Assembly (NCBI GenBank): GCA_000004695.1
Contig: CM000151.3
Location: 3,808,001 to 3,872,000 of the forward strand
Source of the DNA: Dictyostelium discoideum
Taxonomy: Eukaryota
DNA length: 64,000 nt
Reading direction: 5' to 3'
Within the stretch, counting starts at the first letter, position 1. Each line of letters begins with the position of its first letter. The position numbers were made by a program, and so were the translations under genes. This document shows positions 43,101 through 53,184 of this stretch, piece by piece. The notes under the pieces are model-generated. The model searched no databases, was not told the DNA's origin, and worked only from the letters and a program-made list of their open reading frames with translations.

Positions 43101-43459
43101 GTGTTATTGTGATTAGTTATTAAATGATTGATAATATTGATTGCTTCATGGTCATTTGCAGTACCAGGTGATAATATCCATCTTTTCTTATGTTTATTTA
43201 TTTGAAAAGGTGAAGAAATTGTTGTTGATATTGGATTATGATCTGATAATGAAGATGGAATTTGGTGGACTTGTGTATATATATTTTCAGGGTCTATTCT
43301 ATTGTATTGAGTATATATTCTATCTAATCTGTTGCCATGTGTATGAGTTGGAGTGTTTTTAAATTCACCTTGATCAATTAGATGGTGTTGGTATGTGTAG
43401 GATTGGATAATATCATCTAATAGTGAATTGTCGTTGTGGATACGATTTTTTCTTGCCAA
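40103..43459 (-). CDS. Retrotransposon ORF2 remainder: the APE C-terminal half (SDHNPI), the reverse transcriptase and a Cys-rich C-terminal domain. The frame is open but has no ATG; the track's M is a TTG.
   Basis: ARKNRIHNDNSLLDD...SLSDHNPISTT is the APE C-terminal motif. RT blocks include ...PDGVTNAFY..., LLNTDYKILSKV, FTQFADDSTTY and a CCHC-like CPICNNEMNNDPYGHLFFNCQ. Confidence 0.7.
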   Translation of the reverse strand: MARKNRIHNDNSLLDDIIQSYTYQHHLIDQGEFKNTPTHTHGNRLDRIYTQYNRIDPENIYTQVHQIPSSLSDHNPISTTISSPFQINKHKKRWILSPGTANDHEAINIINHLITNHNNTSINQFTNWSKVKSKIIKTLKNYQYNKDKQTQRAKQILLEKAAKFKHLEEQCIAEYNIICNKNKLHQNHTNILKKHINGEIPSKYLSAILNKRSKDAKIESIQYGNIITSDPDQIENAFVEFYTNLYSLQICCPITHQLMLNTWPIIKNEYWNGLDSPFIQDEVEAAIKTCNPNKSPGPDGVTNAFYINHLNQVKPILTTLFNDILENPHHITTEFTEGLIHTIYKKGNPLLISNRRPITLLNTDYKILSKVINARLLRILPFIINNNQTGFVPHRFIIDNIININELINYLKSKNLPGIITLFDFFKAFDSISHDSIKRTLIHIGIPIKLINLIHKLLSDSQAKISINGKTTRKFDIKRGVKQGDPISATLFVIVIEILARTINADNSIIGLPISPNPQIKIKFTQFADDSTTYNINYEQQQQSIKHFDNFCASTSSSLNFDKSAIIEINPHKITDKHIINNIPQSKRIPITKKDQSERVLGYFFNHNGLHRKLPETMKTLIKSLVLWKTSGTTLKTKTTIINTYSLSPITYLSYLEEFTKDEEIQINKLISWFMNSPANSESPTLNTNSIENNTSTIHSRAKIPLMCYDRSLKPLKEGGWGMWNIQLRQVAQKIWIYNRFLQMHKSANNSIYMISWMDQIINKSISSPYLIKIKKEWENYATQIGHLKDKVQILQPILTKNQPSQTLNTNNISLPPTLKEIYSTILNNHQCKSKDYIGKKYSDLLLTSHQQSIQLLWKYTYDQLFVKIQKLKDPKGRDTMQRFHARCLPINHLHNKVCPICNNEMNNDPYGHLFFNCQRTINFINHDKLKYFIYKNCNGNKNWSLTKNQTTKLYTLIYKPQTNNKAFKPDPTININFHFAENAQYKKYRFNWNYINTNLDLVRTHAYWNIISLVIHQIWIWLCKSLFDINITQSIDNWNNQINNTTLDYDILKSKWHKLIRLEYSRTLSNFNQYSIKNNLTKTQKETQWSETIKKFKKEWSINTNEPIPTITPPINY

Positions 43460-43489
43460 TATATTCTTTTGATTTGCATTGGTGATTGT

Positions 43490-43930
43490 TTAGTATTGCG
43501 AGTAGATTTCTTTGAGTGTTGGTGGTAGTGAAGTTGCATATGAATTCTTTTTGATGGTATTATTTGATGCTGGTGCGTAAATTCCAAGAATACCAATTGG
43601 TAATTGATTTGGAAATATAACGTCTGCTAAAATAGCTCTACCATCAATTGTTGATATGTGTTTGAGTTTGAGTGTGTTTGGGTTATGGTTAATGATGATT
43701 ACACCATTTCCTCGTTTGGTGACAGAGATGATGTGATCGGGAAAATCATGTTTAAGTTGTAATGGTGATGAATTGAGTTCAGTGAGTATTGAGATTGTTG
43801 GACGAGGTGGAAGTTTTGATATAAGTAGTTGTAGTGTGTCAACAGCTTTTTGGTAGGAATTGTGTTGATTGTTTGGGTTTTCAGTGAATCCTCTACAATT
43901 CCATGTTATAAAGTTGATTTTTGAGCTCAT
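43490..43930 (-). CDS. Retrotransposon ORF2, N-terminal half of the apurinic/apyrimidinic-type endonuclease domain. It is truncated by a stop inside an inserted 84-bp duplicate.
   Basis: MSSKINFITWNCRGF...LTELN... then ...SLPPTLKEIYSQY*. The last 12 codons come from the duplicated segment at 43452-43545. Confidence 0.65.
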   Translation of the reverse strand: MSSKINFITWNCRGFTENPNNQHNSYQKAVDTLQLLISKLPPRPTISILTELNSSPLQLKHDFPDHIISVTKRGNGVIIINHNPNTLKLKHISTIDGRAILADVIFPNQLPIGILGIYAPASNNTIKKNSYATSLPPTLKEIYSQY

Positions 43931-45135
43931 ACCTTACTAGGTTTGGCAGCACCAGTATTGACTGGTTGTGTAGTCAGGGCATTGCTGCTTCTTCTTGTAT
44001 TTATTGGATTTGGAGTTGGTGCACTTGGTTTGTTTGGTTGAGATTGTAGAGGTTTTTGTGGTACAATTGTTGGATCGGTTGGATTGCTCATTGATAATGA
44101 GTTTTTCCCGTTATTATTATTTGAAGAATCACTTTTGTGTGAAATTTCATTATTGTTTTGGGATTGATTGTTAATATCAAGTGATTCATTTAGTATAGCT
44201 TTTGAACCACTATTTTGAAGTGAGTTTTTATTGCGATTGGAATTTGCAATTTCGTTGATTGGTGGGGTGTTAATGTTGTTTTTTGGTGGTTGATTGTTTT
44301 TGTTCATGTTTGGGTTTGTGATGGCATTTTTTATAGTTGTTGCCATATCTGCATTTTTTGCATGTTGAATTTTGTGTTTAGTGACACTACGTGTTGCAGC
44401 TTTGATATATCTTGTGATACCAGATGGTTGTTCGATCTTTTGATCAACAATGTTGTGTGTGTGATCAATTAGATGATATGTTATAATGTAGCTTTTAAAC
44501 GCAACAGCATATGAGTATGTGACAGTAAATGATTCAATTGATGTACAACTGGTGAATTTAGTGAGGTTGTTTGTAATTGCATCGTTTGCATGTTTGGGTG
44601 AGTACGTTTTAATGAATGTTTTAATGATTGCATAATCATTTGATGATATATCGAATCTATAGTTGAGTTTGTCGATATTTAGTGCAAGTTGGTTTTGAAG
44701 GTTGATTATTGAAGTTAATTTATCAACGTTGCAATTTACGAAGGCAGTTGCACCAATTATTTTGAATGCTGATGGCGACAGTATATCTTCGAAGAGTTTG
44801 TGAATGTTTTTGTGAATTTGTTGAATTCTTGTGTCATCTTTTGAGGTTAATTCTTCACGGATGTGTGGTTGATTAAAGTAACACTTAATGTTGATGGTGT
44901 TATTGTTTTTTTCTAAGAAAGAGAGTGGTCTTGTGATTGATGGAGGTGCAATGATATCTAATTGATTATCAAGTCCTTTGTTTAGTGAGAGTTGGTTTGT
45001 TGGGGTTTGTTTTTTAGGTGTGTCGATTTTTGCACTTTTGTTTTTTGTTGTTGAGGTTGTGGAGGTATTATTTGTATTGGTTGTGTTGTTATCTGTATGA
45101 TTTAACTGTAATTCAGTTGAGTGATCATCAGCCAT
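43927..45135 (-). CDS. Retrotransposon ORF1 (402 aa, a T/N/S-rich nucleic-acid-binding protein).
   Basis: Canonical ATG at 45135. The TGA stop overlaps the downstream ATG in an ATGA arrangement (43930-43927), typical of ORF1/ORF2 termination-reinitiation. Confidence 0.7.
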   Translation of the reverse strand: MADDHSTELQLNHTDNNTTNTNNTSTTSTTKNKSAKIDTPKKQTPTNQLSLNKGLDNQLDIIAPPSITRPLSFLEKNNNTINIKCYFNQPHIREELTSKDDTRIQQIHKNIHKLFEDILSPSAFKIIGATAFVNCNVDKLTSIINLQNQLALNIDKLNYRFDISSNDYAIIKTFIKTYSPKHANDAITNNLTKFTSCTSIESFTVTYSYAVAFKSYIITYHLIDHTHNIVDQKIEQPSGITRYIKAATRSVTKHKIQHAKNADMATTIKNAITNPNMNKNNQPPKNNINTPPINEIANSNRNKNSLQNSGSKAILNESLDINNQSQNNNEISHKSDSSNNNNGKNSLSMSNPTDPTIVPQKPLQSQPNKPSAPTPNPINTRRSSNALTTQPVNTGAAKPSKV

Positions 45136-45321
45136 TGTTGAAAAGTATATAGGACGATAGCCCTTGCTTTAATGAGCAAAAATAGGGTAAAATTAAGAGG
45201 AATGAATGTGGCGGTGAAGATATAACAGTGATTTATTTATTATATGTATAAATTCTCGTTTATTTCTTTGTTTTTTCGGTTTTTTGTTTTTCAAAAGATT
45301 TTTTTTTAAATTCTATACAAA

Positions 45322-45332
45322 GAATCGAACCT
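45322..45332 (-). promoter_or_regulatory. External B box (exB): an extra pol III B-box-like element GGTTCGATTC about 28 bp downstream of the tRNA-Gln gene.
   Basis: The reverse complement of gaatcgaacc at 45322-45331 matches the B-box consensus GGTTCGANTCC. This layout is characteristic of Dictyostelium tRNA genes. Confidence 0.55.
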
Positions 45333-45358
45333 ACGATCTAATATTTCCGATTTAAAAA

Positions 45359-45431
45359 TGGTTCTACTGAGACTCGAACTCAGATTACAGGATTCAAAGT
45401 CCTGGGTGCTAACCAATTACACTATAAAACC
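45359..45431 (-). tRNA. tRNA-Gln (anticodon UUG), 72 nt plus discriminator.
   Basis: The reverse complement is GGTTTTATAGTGTAATTGGTTAGCACCCAGGACTTTGAATCCTGTAATCTGAGTTCGAGTCTCAGTAGAACC. It folds with a 7-bp acceptor stem (one G-U), a D-stem GTGT/GCAC, anticodon stem CAGGA/TCCTG with loop CTTTGAA (anticodon TTG), and a T-arm CTGAG-TTCGAGT-CTCAG. It is very similar to eukaryotic tRNA-Gln-TTG. Confidence 0.9.
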
Positions 45432-45863
45432 TTGATGTTTTTATAATTTTATATAGTAACTATTATGCTTAAAAAAAATTTTGATGTTTAAATTTATTAT
45501 TTTAAATCTGGATAAATGAAAGAAAGTTGATCAAGTTACACTTAAGCCTAAAAAAGAGGTAGGGCTACAATAAAAAATTCAAAAAAAATTGAATTAGAAT
45601 AGATAATAAACTCATTTCAATCTTAGGTATTTAGAATTTAAAGTTATTGGTTTATAAAAACATAATTAAAAAAATCATTTATTCACGATTACCTATGTTT
45701 TGTTTGGTTTTAGTGTTCTCATCATGATTATTGAACTTTATATATATATATATATTACATTTATTCATTAAATGTAACCAAAATATAAATACATATAAAA
45801 AGATTTTAATAAATTAATATTAATCTTTTTTTTTTTTTTTTTTTTTTTATCATATTATATTAT

Positions 45864-46143
45864 TTATTTATTTTCTAATTTTGAAAGGATTTGAATTTGT
45901 TCTAAATCTTCCAAATCTTTTAATAATTTTGCGGCATTGTAACGAAGTTTATGAAAATTATCGATTGAAACTTCAAATACTTTTGATTTACCATTGGTAT
46001 CGTTCATTTCCATTAAAATTACAGGATTGAGCACTCTAGATGTAAAACTACTGCTAATGATTACATCAACTCTCCATTTAAAACTTGATAACTGAGGGAA
46101 TAATATCTTATCATTATTTGATCTTTCTGCTAAATCTTTACTC
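45864..46143 (-). CDS. COMM-domain protein, exon 2 (COMM domain).
   Basis: The acceptor is the reverse complement of ct at 46144-46145. ca+g = Gln, then SKDLAERSNNDKILFPQLSSFKWRVDVIISSSFTSRVLNPVILMEMNDTNGKSKVFEVSIDNFHKLRYNAAKLLKDLEDLEQIQILSKLENK*, which gives the COMM signature (W-R-V-D-V ... L ... F). Confidence 0.65.
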
Positions 46144-46312
46144 CTATTTATTGTAAAAAATAAAAAATAAAAATAAATAAAAATAAATAAAAAGTATTAA
46201 TAAAATTGACTGTTATTAATACTCTCTAATTTTATTTATTTAAAACTTTCATGATGGGGGGTTCTCTTTATAAATAAAAATAATAAATAATAATAATAAA
46301 TAATAAACTTAC

Positions 46313-46722
46313 TGAGTGTTATAAATATTTGTTAAATCAGTTATTAAGTTTTGTGGTAATTTAAGATCAGTTATATCAGCGACGAATATTTGATTTGAAA
46401 CTTTCTTCTTTAAGGCAACCTTTAAAATATAATAGAGACCAGTGAAAACGATTGATGATAGATTTGGATCTACTTTATTATCATTTGATGATACTGTTAA
46501 TTTATCATGAATAGATTCTGTTATTTGATTTAATTTATCCTCTTCTTCTTTTTTTACTAAATTAATCATTTTGGTTTTCATATATAGAACCAACAATGAT
46601 AATATATCCTTAATAAATGTTTGTTCAAACTTTTGACAAACTGGTATCATATTCTTTACCTCTGATGGTATATTATAACCTAAATATGAGACTCTTTCTG
46701 TCAATTTCTTTATTATAAACAA
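46313..46722 (-). CDS. COMM-domain (COMMD-family) protein, exon 1.
   Basis: MFIIKKLTERVSYLGYNIPSEVKNMIPVCQKFEQ...DLTNIYNT followed by 'ca', then a GTAAGT donor (reverse complement of 46307-46312), phase 2. The track ORF's stop codon is the TAA inside that GTAAGT. Confidence 0.6.
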
Positions 46723-47207
46723 ATAAATAAAATTAATAAAAAAAAATAAAAAAAATAAAAAAAAAAATAAAAAAAAATAAAAATAAAAAAAAAGATTTTT
46801 TTTTTTTTTTTTTTTTTTTGGTCTTCTGATTGTTCCTCTGAAATTTTTTTATTTTTTATTTTTTTTTTATTGTTTAATTTTTAATATTTTCATTTTTTTA
46901 TTTTTATTTGTAGATATCTTTATTTTTAGAATTTTTTTTTTTTTTTTTAATCCTCCAATAGTTAATCTACAAAAAAAAAAAAAAAAAAAAAGAAAAAAAA
47001 AGAATTAAACTTATAATCTTATAAAAAAAAAAATAAAAAAAAAAAGAGATATCTCTATTTTTTTTAATCAAAAAAATTTAAATAAATTTAGAGATAATAT
47101 TTAATAAATAAGTAATCTTTTGGTATTTTATTAAAAAAAAAAAAAATTTTAATTATTTATTTTCAATCTTTTTTTTTTTTTTTTTATTATTTTTTTTATT
47201 TTTATTA

Positions 47208-48917
47208 TTATAACCAATTATATGACTTTTTATTTCCATATTTTAATATTATTCTTTTAATTCTTGATTTTAAAATATTAATAAAAATTTGATAAAAATA
47301 TTTCAAGATACGAATATTATTATTTAATACATTTTGTTTTATATGTTCAACTTTAATTTCGACAAATATTGGATGTAAACGCATAATTAATTTACATAAA
47401 TATAAATTTGGTTGAAGAAATGCCATTGCAAATATCGAAAATTTAGAAGTTAATAAACTATCAAAAATTAATTGATGGTGATTTCTTAATAAAAATTCTG
47501 CAATATCTTGTGGATTACTATTAAAACTACTACTATTATTACTATTATTACTATTATTACTATTATTACTATTATTATCAAATTCACTTTCATTTTCACT
47601 CTCATTTTCATTTTCATTTTCACTTTCATTATCACTATCAATAATTTTATATTCATCGCAACTAAAAATTGATTTTAATAAATCTTCATTAATTCTTTTT
47701 ACTTTACAAGTTGATAAAATGAATTTCACTAAATCTAATCTTACTCTTTCCAAAGCAAATTCTAATAATAATCTATTTTTTAATAATTTTAAAGAAACTA
47801 TTGATTTAAATAATTCTAAATCATTATTACCATTATTATTATTATCAGTGATATCCATTTTATGATTTAAACTAAAATCATCACCATCAGAAATATTTAA
47901 ATTGAGTAAGAAACCTAAATAATTAATCTTTTTAAGATTAAAACCATCTGAATGAATTTCTTTTAAAAGATTTATAATTGTTGAACTTTCTTTAACATTT
48001 ATTAGATATTGCATATCAAAATAAAATCTAGTTTTAATTTTACTATCTATATCTTGATCAAACATTGAATCCTTTTCTAATGAATCAATATAATTATTAA
48101 TTAATCTTCTTAATTTTAAAAATATCTCTTCAAAATTTAATTTTAATATTAATTTAAGTGTAATTATTTCTTCATTTTTTTGTAATTTTTGTGGTTGTTG
48201 TGATTCTGAATCTTCTGTTATTAAAATTGTATTGTTTTTATTTTTACTATTTGTAGTATTTGTAGTATTTGTAGTATTTGTAGTATTTGTATTTGTTGTA
48301 GTTGTTGTTGAATTTGAAATTTTAGTTGTAGTTGTTGAAGAAAAGAATTTATTATAATTTTCAAGATTACTATATTTAAAATTAAAATTTTTTACTCTTG
48401 ATAAGAAATAATTTGATAATTTCCAAGATTTATGATACAAATAATAAAACATTTTAAAAAAGTTTGGAATTGAATTATAAAAAGACATTGAGATATTATT
48501 TCTTTTAAAGAGTTGATTCAATTTTTCAATATTAATTAATTTAGTTGAACTTTGTAAACCAATGATATATAAATGTTTGAAAAGGTGATTAATTGAATTG
48601 AATGTACTATTTTTAAATTTAATTGATAACATTTGTTTTAATTTAATTAATTCATCAGATACTAAATAAACATCTTGAAATGAGATATCGTCTCTAATGA
48701 ATACTCTATTCTCTATTGGATCTATGATTTTATATAAACTATCATAATATTCTATACTAAATTGATTATCAATATCTCTTTTCAATTGTTGATCATTAAA
48801 TGAATCTTCTGTAATATTTGAAAATTGTAATAATATAACTTTTGAAACTTCAAAATTACATTCTAATATTGAAAATGCTAATAATCTAATTGATGATTCA
48901 TCATAATTTGTATCCAT
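47208..48917 (-). CDS. Hypothetical 569-aa protein with poly-T/N/S tracts and no recognisable domain.
   Basis: A long uninterrupted ORF with a canonical ATG at 48917. It contains a TNTNTTNTTN-type repeat and an acidic NESENENENESE tract. Confidence 0.45.
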   Translation of the reverse strand: MDTNYDESSIRLLAFSILECNFEVSKVILLQFSNITEDSFNDQQLKRDIDNQFSIEYYDSLYKIIDPIENRVFIRDDISFQDVYLVSDELIKLKQMLSIKFKNSTFNSINHLFKHLYIIGLQSSTKLINIEKLNQLFKRNNISMSFYNSIPNFFKMFYYLYHKSWKLSNYFLSRVKNFNFKYSNLENYNKFFSSTTTTKISNSTTTTTNTNTTNTTNTTNTTNSKNKNNTILITEDSESQQPQKLQKNEEIITLKLILKLNFEEIFLKLRRLINNYIDSLEKDSMFDQDIDSKIKTRFYFDMQYLINVKESSTIINLLKEIHSDGFNLKKINYLGFLLNLNISDGDDFSLNHKMDITDNNNNGNNDLELFKSIVSLKLLKNRLLLEFALERVRLDLVKFILSTCKVKRINEDLLKSIFSCDEYKIIDSDNESENENENESENESEFDNNSNNSNNSNNSNNSSSFNSNPQDIAEFLLRNHHQLIFDSLLTSKFSIFAMAFLQPNLYLCKLIMRLHPIFVEIKVEHIKQNVLNNNIRILKYFYQIFINILKSRIKRIILKYGNKKSYNWL

Positions 48918-49019
48918 ATTTTAATATAAATATAAATATAAATATATATATATATATGAAATAATAAAAGAAAAAAAAAAATTATTAAAAAAAAATTTAA
49001 AAATAAAAAAAATTTGGAG

Positions 49020-49059
<40 letters not shown>

Positions 49060-49137
49060 GAAAGAAAAACAAAAAAAATTATATTTTTATAAAAAAAAAA
49101 AAAAAAAATGAAAAAACGATGTTGAAGTTCGAATTTT

Positions 49138-49445
49138 TTATTTATTAAAAACTGTTCCTTTAAAACCAGTTTCATAATTTGATTCTTCAATAAAATCATC
49201 AAAATAATCTTCATTTTCAATAACTTTCAAAACTATAATTTGATTTGGAACTAATTTATACCAATTTAATTGAGCACAAGATTCCTTGAGTTCAATAACA
49301 GAATCTGGATCACCAGGTTTCCTATCTTGTGTGAGAATAAATAATCTTTGTTTAAAAGGTGGTACATCCATTATTGAAAAAATTGTTAATTTAAGTCCTT
49401 CTACTGTATAATCACTATTAATTGGTGAAATTTCATTTCTGAAAA
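49138..49445 (-). CDS. USP48-like deubiquitinase, exon 3 (C-terminal ubiquitin-like domain).
   Basis: The acceptor is the reverse complement of ct at 49446-49447. t+tt = Phe, then FRNEISPINSDYTVEGLKLTIFSIMDVPPFKQRLFILTQDRKPGDPDSVIELKESCAQLNWYKLVPNQIIVLKVIENEDYFDDFIEESNYETGFKGTVFNK*, in the same frame as the track ORF 49138..49371. Confidence 0.65.
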
Positions 49446-49524
49446 CTAAAAAAGATAAATAATTAATAAAACTTCATTTTTAAAATCTAAAAATAATAAT
49501 TAAAAAAATATTAAATAAACATAC

Positions 49525-51833
49525 ATCTTGAAGTTCTAAAAGTTGTTGGAAATGAATAATATTTTAAATCTTTTTCATTTTCTTTATCATTAATTCTATG
49601 AATGAATAAAGAAGCATTATTAAAATTTAATTTCTTTTTTAAATGAATTTCTTGTTGAATTAAAAAACATTGTTGACAAAAAGTAAATGGTTCTAATAAT
49701 CTATTATTTTCAAATGAAATATTGATATTATCTTTTGAGCCATACTTTGTAATCAATTTATCATAGATTTCTTTTGGAATCAATAGAAATGGTAAATTAA
49801 TTTCTGAAAGGCGACTAGTTTTATCAGTCAATGAAAAAGTTGATAATTGATTTAAAAATTGTTGATCTGATAAATCATATTGAAATTTAGAATGTTCACA
49901 AAGAAAACCACTATTATCAATAATACCAATAAAAATTTTCAAATCCTTAGTAGTGGTGGTAGTGTTTGAGATTGATTCGTCGATTGAATCACTTTGAAAT
50001 TCACTACCATCTTGATCTTGCTCTTGATCTTGACTTGGGTCAATAACAGTGGATCTCCAATTTATTAACCAATCTTTTGAAATTACATTATATTGACCTA
50101 CTGAAAGATTTGGTTTTTTCTTTTTATTGGTTAAAGATAAAAGTGCAAGTAAACCTTTCATATCTTTTTTCTCTTGTTTTGCCAATTCTAATTTCTCATT
50201 GAGTTTATAATCCAACTCTCTACAAATTAAACATTCTGAATAATCTTTAACTGCAAGAGTTTTAGACATTGGATATAAAGAATAAAGATATTCCCATGTT
50301 TCTCTTGTAATTGGTAATCTATCTTTTTCTTCAAGATTGAAACCATCATGAGGACAAATTAAATCATTTGTTGGAGTTATTGATAGACGTTTTTCAATAT
50401 TTGATATCTTCCATCTCTTGAACCACTCATATGATATATAATATTCCTTTAAATTTGATTTAGTGGTGGTTGTGGTTGTGGCTGCTGCTGTTGTTGTTGA
50501 AGAATTTTTTGATTTTGGTATTACTTTTTCAAGGGAAATACAATAATCTTTTAAATTTTTATTTGTTGCCAATTCTTCTGTTTGAAAGAAAATTGAATAG
50601 AGACATTCAGTACAAACACTTGAACTATCAAAAGCTGGTCCACCACCACCTACTGAATTATAAATCATTTCCCAAGCTATTGGTGAAATTCTTTTCATTG
50701 ATTCCAATTTATTTGGGTCTACACTACCATGAGAACATTGAATATTTGAATTATCAATTGGGAAATTTAAACCTTGAATCCAACCTTTTAACCAATTAAC
50801 ATCAATCCAATAATATTTATTTTTACTTTCAAATTCTAATAATGATTTTTCTTTAACTCTCTTTAATAATTCATCTTCATCATCATCATTATAATGATCA
50901 TCTTCGTCTTCGTCTTTGTATTCTTCTTCTTCTTCTTCATTTATATTTGCTTGTAATAATGGTTCAATCTCTTTAAAAAGTTCAATTCTTTTTGTCCATT
51001 CAAATTTAAGTTTTTCAAACTGAGAACCAAAAGAATCTTTTTGTTGACTAAATGAGTTCTCAATCTCTTCTAATCTATCTAATAATCTATTTGATAAATT
51101 ATTAAAAGATCTCAAAGGATTCGAGATATCCTCTGAATGAGTGATTCTATTCATTTTAGAATAAACTACCATATAAGCTGTTGATGATGATATAGTTCCA
51201 TTTTCAATCTCTTTCTTTTTTCTTTTCTCTTTATTATTGTTTTTACCTAAACTCTTAATATCTATCTCCTCTACAGTTTCATCATTAAATGTAAACCATC
51301 TACCAGTTATATCATCTTTAATTTGACAAATATAATGACCCCCACTAGTACCAACACCTTGATGCATTAAAATTCCAGTTAATTCATATTCAAAATCTCC
51401 TTCATTTTCAAATTGAATTGAATTTGAGTCTAAATTTGAAATTGTAATTGATTTTGAAATTTTATTAAAATTATTTTGATTATCATTTGTTTTTGTTACT
51501 GTTGTATTATTTGTATTTGTGTTTGATGTATTAGTAGATGTATTAGTTGAGGTTGTTGTTGTTGTAGTAGTAGTTGTTGTTTGTGGTATTGTTTTAAAAT
51601 TTACAATTTCACTAAAAAAACTCCTATACTTTTTTAAAAATTGATCGGATGAAAGTAATTGATCTAATTCTACACTTGTTAAAGTTTTACTATTTACAAT
51701 TTTTTGGACAACTCTATAAAAGTTTACTTGATTATATAATAATTGATTTTCTTCATCCTCCTCAAATAAAGAATCCTTTATACAATAAAATAAATCTTTA
51801 CAATCATTATCACTATTATTATTTTTATTATTA

Positions 51834-51913
<80 letters not shown>

Positions 51914-53085
51914 ATTATTCGATTTTAATTTATTTTTATTATTATTATCATTTTTGAATTGCATTTCAGATTCAGATTCAGTTTCTGAACCAGAGTCTCT
52001 ATCATCATCATCGTCGTCGTAATCGTCATTTTTATTATTATTATTATTATTATTGTTATTCATTTGTTGTTTAGTTTTTTGTTGAGTTTTATCTTTTGGG
52101 ACTAAATACTTTAATAAATTTAATTTTAAGGGAAATGTGAATGAATTATGAAGCTTTTTCTTTTTCAATTGTTGTCTATCGAAACTATATCTAAGTATTT
52201 GAAAACAAAGAAAAGGTGGTATTGTTGTGAGTTGTGTTGAACGTGAACAATCCGTTTTCTTATTGCAATTTTTACAAAAATATTGATCATCACCAGTTAA
52301 ATTTTCATTTGAGAGGAAACCTTTTAAAGATTCCTCTAATCCTTCAAATCCATTTAATTGCAATGGAATTTCATAAAATGAACTTGGTGATCTATATATT
52401 GTATTACAATCTGAACATTGTGTAGTATAATCATAATTTCCTTGAAATAACTTTTTTAAAATATTAACACTATTATTATTATTTTTATTATTATTATTAT
52501 TACTATTATTATCGAGAGAAATTTCTAATTTTGATTCGATTAAATCAAAAAATAAAATAAAAAATTCTTGGATATCTTGATGTAAAGAATTTGAAAGTTC
52601 TAATGAATTTACAAATTCACTTGGATCAAATACTTTAATTCTATTAAACCTCATATTCAAAAATAATAATCTTAACTGATCAATAATAAAATCCTCATTA
52701 TGAATATTATTACTATTATTGTTTTTGCTGTTGTTGTTGCTTTTGCTGTTACTGTTGTTGCTATTATCTTGATTGATATCAGATGGTAATTTAAATTCTA
52801 ATACCAACTTTCTAAATTCAGTATTCATATATAAAAGTTGTAATAATGAATTTACATAACAGGTTGCACCAAGATTCTTTAAACCTATGGGTTGTTCTGA
52901 TATATCTCTTTCTTTGAATTCTGAAAGTGATTCCTTATTATTATTTTCATGTGGTAATGATTGATTATTTATCAAATCTTTCATTAAGTTCTCTTTAACA
53001 TAAACATCTGGTTCGATTTTTAAACATTTTTGACCTAAATGGTGGAAACAATTTGGATTATCTGAACAATTTTTTAATAATTTCT
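49525..53085 (-). CDS. USP48-like deubiquitinase, exon 2: USP catalytic domain (Cys and His boxes) with large low-complexity insertions, followed by three DUSP-like repeats.
   Basis: The acceptor is the reverse complement of ct at 53086-53087, and the frame is open upstream of the track's ATG at 52984. The Cys box is GLKNLGATCYVNSLLQ and the His box is GGHYICQIKDDITGRWFTFNDETV. DUSP-like segments are YWIDVNWLKGWIQG, YISYEWFKRWKIS and YNVISKDWLINWRS. A GTATGT donor (reverse complement of 49519-49524) leaves phase 1. Confidence 0.8.
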
Positions 53086-53184
53086 CTTAAAAAAAAAAGT
53101 TTAAATGTTAGTAAATAAAAAAAAAAAAAAGGTAAAAAGTAAAAAGTAAAAAAAAAAAAGTAAATGAAAAATTAAATATTTTAC

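Larger units (their letters stand above)
39963..45300 (-). mobile_element. Non-LTR (LINE-like) retrotransposon of the tRNA-gene-targeted TRE3 type. It has ORF1, an APE endonuclease, a reverse transcriptase, a CCHC tail and a poly(A). It sits downstream of tRNA-Gln, and its ORF2 is disrupted.
   Basis: The poly(A) appears as T22+ on the + strand at 39963-39992. ORF2 carries the RT motifs (..FADDSTTY..) and CPICNNEMNNDPYGHLFFNC. The APE motifs are ITWNCRG and SDHNPI. ORF1 overlaps ORF2 by an ATGA. The 5' end lies about 60-130 bp 3' of the tRNA-Gln gene and just beyond its external B box. Confidence 0.8.

Noticed and set aside
45301-45345. Possible second tRNA gene next to tRNA-Gln, suggested by the gaatcgaacc motif.
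   Set aside because: Only the B-box-like motif is present, and no D-arm, anticodon arm or acceptor stem pairs with it. It is better explained as the external B box typical of Dictyostelium tRNA loci, and is annotated as such.
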